A stretch of 37,978 bases of DNA, taken from the IMG/VR virus record IMGVR_UViG_3300032225_000493, positions 1 to 37,978 of that record; one strand, written 5' to 3'. Source of the stretch: a virus (lineage: Duplodnaviria; Caudoviricetes). Of the stretch, positions 32,490 through 37,978 are shown piece by piece. The position numbers and the translations under genes are program-made. The notes under the pieces were generated by a model. It was not told the origin of the DNA. It made no database searches and saw nothing but the letters and a program-made list of their open reading frames with translations. Each line of letters starts with the position of its first letter. Position 1 is the stretch's first letter.

Positions 32490-33125
32490 ATGGCAACTAG
32501 TCCATACGAAGATGATGAAGTATCCACGCCAAGTGGACGTACTCAGATGAGCGATCCTTACGAGGACCGTGATCAAGCCAATATTGCTCGTGCAATTGCT
32601 GAAGGAATGAAAAATTCAGGTGGTGATGCCAGAATTGCTGAAGAAACAGGCCAATTTGGTGAAGCCGGTACTAGCAGAATTGTTAAACCTACAGAAAAGC
32701 CAACGGCCAAAGTTACACCAAAACCAAAGCCCAAAGAAACTGTTACTGATACTGGCAGTGATATGGCTCGCATGATAAACCGTGGCAAATCTGCTGAAAT
32801 GCCATCAGGTAGCCCCGGTCGTGGCAAGTTTGCTGAAATGCCTACTGATTTAACTAAAATGTCATTAGCAGATCGCTCCAAACAAAGCCGTGAAATGGCT
32901 AGAAGTGGAAGTGGTTCAACTGATGATCGTTCTGTTAATCAGCGGTTACGTGACTCTGGTATTGGTTCATCAATCAGCAATTACTTTAGCAACTTTAAAA
33001 CGCCAGCAGAACGCAAAGCTCAAGAACGAAAATCTACAAATATGGCTTCAGGCGGTAAGGTTACCGCATCAAGTCGTGGTGACGGCATTGCCCAACGTGG
33101 TAAAACACGCGGAAAGATGTGTTAA
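32490..33125 (+). CDS. Disordered protein with C-terminal GIAQRGKTRG motif
   Basis: AAGGAG RBS; MASGGKV..RGDGIAQRGKTRGKMC. Confidence 0.75.
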   Translation: MATSPYEDDEVSTPSGRTQMSDPYEDRDQANIARAIAEGMKNSGGDARIAEETGQFGEAGTSRIVKPTEKPTAKVTPKPKPKETVTDTGSDMARMINRGKSAEMPSGSPGRGKFAEMPTDLTKMSLADRSKQSREMARSGSGSTDDRSVNQRLRDSGIGSSISNYFSNFKTPAERKAQERKSTNMASGGKVTASSRGDGIAQRGKTRGKMC

Positions 33126-33128
33126 ATC

Positions 33129-33377
33129 ATGATGGCAAGCCGTGGAATGGGGGCTGTCATGGCCTCAAAAATGCCAAAAGGTGTACGCAAGTCACGCAGG
33201 GATGACACTGACTTCACTGAATATGCTGATGGTGGTCCTGTTGGCTTGTATGCAAATATTAACGCCAAGAAAAAACGTATCGCCAATGGCTCTAAAGAAA
33301 AGATGCGTAAGCCCGGCTCTAAGGGTGCACCTACGGCTCAAGCGTTCATTAACTCTGCAAAGACTGCGAAAAAATAA
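33129..33377 (+). CDS. Small basic protein
   Basis: YADGG; GLYANINAKKKR..MRKPGSKGAPT. Confidence 0.7.
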   Translation: MMASRGMGAVMASKMPKGVRKSRRDDTDFTEYADGGPVGLYANINAKKKRIANGSKEKMRKPGSKGAPTAQAFINSAKTAKK

Positions 33378-33553
33378 TGGCTACAAAAAATTGGATCAAA
33401 GACGCTATCAAAAAGCCCGGAGCTTTGCGCTCTGCTCTTGGTGCCAAAAAAGGTGAGCCTATTCCTGCCAAAAAACTTGCTAAAGCCGCAAAAGCCCCGG
33501 GCAAGATGGGCCAGCGAGCTCGTTTAGCTCAAACCCTTAAGGGTATGAAATGA
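33377..33553 (+). CDS. Small basic protein (not in ORF track)
   Basis: MATKNWIKDAIKKPGALRSALGAKKGEPIPAKKLAKAAKAPGKMGQRARLAQTLKGMK; coupled at both ends. Confidence 0.75.
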   Translation: MATKNWIKDAIKKPGALRSALGAKKGEPIPAKKLAKAAKAPGKMGQRARLAQTLKGMK

Positions 33554-34479
33554 CCACTACAGGAACCACAGCCTTTAACATGGAGTTCACTGAGCTCGCG
33601 GAAGAGGCGTGGGAGAGAGCTGGCCGTGAGATGCGTACAGGCTATGACCTACGCACAGCGCGCCGTTCTCTTAACCTGATGACGATTGAGTGGGCTAATC
33701 GCGGCATCAATATGTGGACGATTGACACTGGAACTATTACCCTGACTCAAGGGTTAAACACATACGCCCTACCTACAGATACGATTGACTTACTGGATCA
33801 TGTGATTCGGACGCAGGCTAATAACGCTTCTACTCAGTCAGACTTGAGCATTACCCGTATTAGCGTTTCTACTTACGCAACTATTCCAAACAAGTTAGTC
33901 CAAGGCCGGCCAATCCAAGTTTGGATTCAGCGTTTGTCTGGTGAAGTCAACCCCACTACGGCTGTACTTGATGGCGCAATAACGTCTACAGCTACAACTA
34001 TTACGCTTAGTAGCGTTTTGGGACTGGCGGGATCTGGGTTTATTCGTTTAGGCACTGAAGACATTTACTACACCTATATCAGTGGTAATGTGCTTGGCGG
34101 TGTATTCCGTGGCCAGAACAATACAACAGCTGCTGCACAGACAGATGGCACGGCGGTGTTTGTGCCCCAGCTTCCCGCTGTAACTGTGTGGCCTACTCCC
34201 GATGGATCTCAGACTTACCAGTTTGTGTACTACAGAATGCGCCGCATCCAAGACACTGGCGCCGGTATACAAACAGCCGATATGAATTTCCGCTTCCTAC
34301 CATGTGTAGTAGCTGGACTAGCGTACTACATAGCCATGAAGGTGCCTGAGTTACAAGGCCGTCTGGATATGCTTAAAGCTGTTTATGAAGAGCAATACAA
34401 ACTTGCTGCTGGTGAAGATCGTGAGAAGGCTGTATTGAGGTTGGTGCCTCGTATAGCGTTCATTGGTGGTGGTTCTTAA
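33550..34479 (+). CDS. Probable head-tail adaptor / tail tube protein
   Basis: EEAWERAG..ARRSLNLM..WANRG, VWPTPD, RFLPCVVAGLAYY. Confidence 0.7.
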   Translation: MTTTGTTAFNMEFTELAEEAWERAGREMRTGYDLRTARRSLNLMTIEWANRGINMWTIDTGTITLTQGLNTYALPTDTIDLLDHVIRTQANNASTQSDLSITRISVSTYATIPNKLVQGRPIQVWIQRLSGEVNPTTAVLDGAITSTATTITLSSVLGLAGSGFIRLGTEDIYYTYISGNVLGGVFRGQNNTTAAAQTDGTAVFVPQLPAVTVWPTPDGSQTYQFVYYRMRRIQDTGAGIQTADMNFRFLPCVVAGLAYYIAMKVPELQGRLDMLKAVYEEQYKLAAGEDREKAVLRLVPRIAFIGGGS

Positions 34480-34862
34480 TGACAACACCATTTGCATCCG
34501 GTAAATATGCTATTGCCGAATGTGATCGGTGTGGCCAGCAGTATAAGTTGAAGAAGCTAAAGATGGAGGTCATTAAGACCAAGCTTTATCAGCTTAAAGT
34601 ATGTGAGGATTGCTGGGATCCAGACCAACCGCAGCTGCAGTTGGGAATGTATCCTGTTAATGATCCGCAGGCTTTGTATCAGCCACGGCCAGACACAACA
34701 TATGTGACGGCGGGTTTAAATACAAGTGGTAATTTAACTGGTGGTTCACGGGACATCCAGTGGGGCTGGTATCCAGTTGGTGGATCTAAGTCCTTTGATA
34801 CATATTTAACACCAAACTACTTGGTTGCAACGACATTTGTTGGTACAGTAACAGTTTCATAG
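34479..34862 (+). CDS. Zn-binding morphogenesis-module protein
   Basis: ECDRCG..VCEDCWD..PQL..DPQAL..PRPD. Confidence 0.75.
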   Translation: MTTPFASGKYAIAECDRCGQQYKLKKLKMEVIKTKLYQLKVCEDCWDPDQPQLQLGMYPVNDPQALYQPRPDTTYVTAGLNTSGNLTGGSRDIQWGWYPVGGSKSFDTYLTPNYLVATTFVGTVTVS

Positions 34863-34871
34863 GAGCTAAAC

Positions 34872-35057
34872 ATGGCATACACAAAATCAGCTGACGGAGT
34901 CGCTAAAAAAGGTAAGACTAATGTTCAAATCTTTCCTGACAGCGGGCCTACTGCAAAAGAAACAAAAGGCGGCAAGAAATCTGCCGGCGTAACTGGCATG
35001 GAAATGCGTAAAGTTGGCCGCAATATGGCCCGCGCTAACAACCAAAAGCGAGGTTAA
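34872..35057 (+). CDS. Small basic protein
   Basis: ADGVAKKGKT motif; AGGAG RBS. Confidence 0.7.
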   Translation: MAYTKSADGVAKKGKTNVQIFPDSGPTAKETKGGKKSAGVTGMEMRKVGRNMARANNQKRG

Positions 35058-35059
35058 TC

Positions 35060-35317
35060 ATGGCTGGATATAGTAAAAAAGTAATGGGTAAAGAAGTTGG
35101 CGATGCCAAAATCTATGCTGCACCGCACGACATGAATGGTAAATCTATTGCGCCAAGCGGTACATTAGGCCCCAATCAAAGCCGTGCTGATCAATACAAT
35201 ATGTCGGTTGGAAATATCAACAAGTCAGATGGCCCGGGCCCTAAGACTTCCGGTATTAAAATGCGCGGCACTGGCGCGGCCACTAAAGGCACAATGTCTC
35301 GCGGCCCTATGGCTTAA
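35060..35317 (+). CDS. Small basic protein
   Basis: C-terminal GIKMRGTGAATKG. Confidence 0.7.
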   Translation: MAGYSKKVMGKEVGDAKIYAAPHDMNGKSIAPSGTLGPNQSRADQYNMSVGNINKSDGPGPKTSGIKMRGTGAATKGTMSRGPMA

Positions 35318-35327
35318 GGTTTACACA

Positions 35328-36179
35328 ATGGCAATGACATACGCTCAACTTGTAGCTGCGGTAACTGATTACACGCAGAACACGTTTGACACAACTACGA
35401 TCAATACAATGATCAAGCAGGCGGAGCAGCGCATCTATAACACGGTGCAAATTGCCAACTTGCGTAAGAACGTGACGGGCGTTTTGTCTTCCGGAAATAA
35501 ATACTTGGCTTGTCCAGAAGATTTTTTGTCAACTTACAGCTTGGCAATTTATCCATACAACACTACAACAGCTACTGGAACTTCCGGCCAGCGCACTATT
35601 GTTGTGGCAAGTAATTCTGGTATAGAGGTGGGCCAACAGGTCACTGGTACTGGTATTGGAACTAATGCACAAGTTCGCAGTATTAACGGGACGACAATCT
35701 ATTTAACAGTGTTAAATAGCGGGGCTGTTTCTGGCACCATGATATTCCAAGGTGACTTTTTGTATTTGCTTAACAAAGACGTCAATTTCATGCGTGAGGC
35801 TTACCCTTTAACTGCAACAGTGGCCGAACCAAGGCATTATGCTATTTTTGGCCCGCAGTCTACCAATGTTAATGAGCTGTCGTTCATCCTTGGCCCAACG
35901 CCAAACAATAATTACTACGCCGAATTGCATTACTACTATTACCCAGAGTCTATTGTGACCGCCTCAACTACATGGCTGGGTGATAACTTTGATTCAGCAT
36001 TGCTGTATGGAACACTTTGCGAAGCTGGTGTTTATATGAAGAGCGCGCCAGATGATGGGATGTACAAGATGTACCAAGAACGGTACGTTCAAGCTATTGC
36101 TCTTCTCAAGAATTTGGGTGATGGCAAACAGCGTATGGATGCTTACCGCGATGGTCAAGTTAGGGTTGCAGTCTCATGA
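35328..36179 (+). CDS. Probable adaptor/tail tube protein
   Basis: MTYAQLVAAVTDY..IKQAEQRI, LGPTP, TTWL..ALLYGTL; start re-assigned to 35328. Confidence 0.7.
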   Translation: MAMTYAQLVAAVTDYTQNTFDTTTINTMIKQAEQRIYNTVQIANLRKNVTGVLSSGNKYLACPEDFLSTYSLAIYPYNTTTATGTSGQRTIVVASNSGIEVGQQVTGTGIGTNAQVRSINGTTIYLTVLNSGAVSGTMIFQGDFLYLLNKDVNFMREAYPLTATVAEPRHYAIFGPQSTNVNELSFILGPTPNNNYYAELHYYYYPESIVTASTTWLGDNFDSALLYGTLCEAGVYMKSAPDDGMYKMYQERYVQAIALLKNLGDGKQRMDAYRDGQVRVAVS

Positions 36180-36592
36180 GTATTGTTCAAACCCAAACTA
36201 CAAGCTTCAAAGCGCAGCTGTATCAAGGCATTCACGACCTTACTACAGACGTTATCAAGATTGCTTTGTACACGGCCAGCGCCGATCTAAACGAAGCAAC
36301 TACGATTTACTCGTCTACCAATGAAGTAGTGGCATCTGGTTACACAGCTGGCGGCTCTACATTAACACCTGTTAGTGTCACATCCTCTGGGTACACGGCC
36401 TATGTTGGGTTTCCCAATATATCGTGGACTTCTGCATTAACGGCCAGATGTGCTTTGATTTATAACTCTAGTAAAGGCAACAAGTCTGTGGCCGTGCTGG
36501 ATTTTGGGTCTGATAAGACTTCAACAACTATTTTTACCATCACAATGCCGGCCAATACCGCAACGACCGCATTGATTCGTTCTTCTAACTAA
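36176..36592 (+). CDS. Tail-associated structural protein
   Basis: TSFKAQLYQGIHD..KIALYT..GYTAGG..VAVLDFGSDK. Confidence 0.7.
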   Translation: MSIVQTQTTSFKAQLYQGIHDLTTDVIKIALYTASADLNEATTIYSSTNEVVASGYTAGGSTLTPVSVTSSGYTAYVGFPNISWTSALTARCALIYNSSKGNKSVAVLDFGSDKTSTTIFTITMPANTATTALIRSSN

Positions 36593-36601
36593 GGAGTCAC
36601 C

Positions 36602-37165
36602 ATGACTATCGACAAAATGACTGCCACCGACATGGTGCAAGCATCTACCAAATACAACACAATGCCTGAAGACACAATGTCTATCCAAGGTCATTACACT
36701 GCCGTTTGTTATAGCGCAGACGGTTTTGTTAAATGGGCTGATGACATTGAAAACTTAGTAACGACTGTAGGCAAGAACTTTACGCTGGACACCACGTTGG
36801 GTAATACCGCTGGCGGCGCAGTTGTAATGGGTCTGAAGGGTACAGGTACAGCAGTTGTAGCTGATACGCAAGCTTCTCACGCAACATGGTTGGAAGTGGG
36901 CTTGGCTAACGCTCCTACATACTCAGGCAATCGTCCTACGCCGTCATTTAGCGCGGCTTCTGCTGGTAGCAAGGCCACATCCTCTGCGGTGTCGTTTTCT
37001 ATTACCAGCACTGGCACTGTAGCCGGATGTTTCATTAACATTGGTGGTAGCGCAACTAAAGATAATACAACTGGCACATTGTTCTCTGCTGGAGACTTTT
37101 CTAGTTCTAAGTCTGTTGTGTCTGGCGACACCATCGCTGTTACTTACACTGCTACATTGACATAA
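36602..37165 (+). CDS. Tail-associated structural protein
   Basis: NLVTTVGKN, GTLFSAGDF, VVSGDTIAVTY. Confidence 0.7.
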   Translation: MTIDKMTATDMVQASTKYNTMPEDTMSIQGHYTAVCYSADGFVKWADDIENLVTTVGKNFTLDTTLGNTAGGAVVMGLKGTGTAVVADTQASHATWLEVGLANAPTYSGNRPTPSFSAASAGSKATSSAVSFSITSTGTVAGCFINIGGSATKDNTTGTLFSAGDFSSSKSVVSGDTIAVTYTATLT

Positions 37166-37166
37166 C

Positions 37167-37978
37167 ATGGCTGGAGCCGCTTGGGGTGATAATGCTTGGG
37201 GCGACTTAGGTTGGGGTGGAGTTACCACCTACGATGTAAGCGTTACTGAGTATTTGACCCCAGCTACGGCTTGGGGGGCTGACACTTGGGGTGATAATCC
37301 TTGGGGTGGCACAGTCCCTATGTTTGAGACTCAGACTGTTGCGTTTACTGCGAATGCGTCAATCACAGAAACAACGGCTATAGCTGATGCTCAGACGGCA
37401 ATTACGTCTTTCTTGGGTTCAGTCACCGAAACTGCGGCTATATCTGAAACAAATGCGGCAACAACTGCCTATACAAGCACGGTTGCGGATAGCTTAGTTA
37501 CCTCTACTACAGAGTCAGCTTCAGCCACATTCCCGGTATCACTTACAGAAACATCGGCTACATCAACAACCGAAATGGTAGCGGCAACATTTGCCAAATC
37601 AATTACTGAGACTGCGGCAACTTCTACGACAGAAGCTGTGGCGGCTACGTTTGCTAGAAGTGTTGCTGAAACAGCGGCATTGACGGATGCAAATACAGCA
37701 ACAACGGCCTATACGACCACGGTAGCAGATTCTGTGGTTACAAGTACAGCAGAATCCGCAGCAGTTACGTATACGGCTTCAGTCACGGAAACCAACCCGA
37801 TTGTTACGGTTGAGCAGGCTGTAGCCACATTCTTAGGTAGTATTACCGAATCAATGGCTATCTCAGAGCAGCAGTTGTTTGTCTGGTTAGCTTCTATCAT
37901 TGAGACAATGGCTACGTCTGACGCTACAACCGTTGGCACGTATTACACAGAATTTATTGCAGAGCTTGCGGCTATCGC
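37167..37978 (+). CDS. Tail fibre-like repeat protein, 3'-truncated (not in ORF track)
   Basis: ATG 37167, open to the window end; N-terminal WG repeats, then ~20-aa Thr/Ala/Ser repeats. Confidence 0.75.
   Translation, partial: MAGAAWGDNAWGDLGWGGVTTYDVSVTEYLTPATAWGADTWGDNPWGGTVPMFETQTVAFTANASITETTAIADAQTAITSFLGSVTETAAISETNAATTAYTSTVADSLVTSTTESASATFPVSLTETSATSTTEMVAATFAKSITETAATSTTEAVAATFARSVAETAALTDANTATTAYTTTVADSVVTSTAESAAVTYTASVTETNPIVTVEQAVATFLGSITESMAISEQQLFVWLASIIETMATSDATTVGTYYTEFIAELAAI

Noticed and set aside
1-37978. Stop-codon recoding, introns or inteins, DGR, integrase or att site
   Set aside because: Genes tile densely in the standard code with TAA, TAG and TGA all used as stops. 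TerL, helicase and capsid genes are uninterrupted, and I saw no reverse transcriptase or site-specific recombinase motifs.

Overview
This window is a large fragment of a dsDNA tailed-phage genome (Caudoviricetes, podovirus-like; it resembles aquatic proteobacterial phages, but the host is an inference). It has six parts. (1) <1-7867: the 3' part of a giant polyvalent, probably virion-ejected protein with a Strawberry-notch-type SF2 helicase, a zincin-like motif and an LPD38-like C-terminus, plus a probable overprinted gene at the window edge. (2) 7851-11983: a leftward recombination operon (HNH-like, RHH, SSB-like, ERF, PD-(D/E)XK), with a divergent RuvC gene. (3) 12530-13460: a roughly 930 bp non-coding region packed with promoters and structured RNA elements. 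It includes two copies of a conserved scaffold that each carry a different 30-nt insert with an anti-Shine-Dalgarno sequence, which is the most unusual signal in the window. (4) 13464-17807: small genes, then ParB-like, helicase and Toprim primase genes. (5) 17804-21395: a leftward cluster of tiny early-type genes. (6) 21649->37978: packaging and morphogenesis genes (TerS, LexA-DBD-only protein, TerL, portal, GroES-like, scaffold, major capsid, basic xxGG-motif proteins, adaptors, tail proteins), with a double-pseudoknot leader after the capsid gene. I saw no tRNA, CRISPR array, integrase or DNA polymerase. All calls come from motif recognition and manual base-pairing; no searches or folding programs were run.
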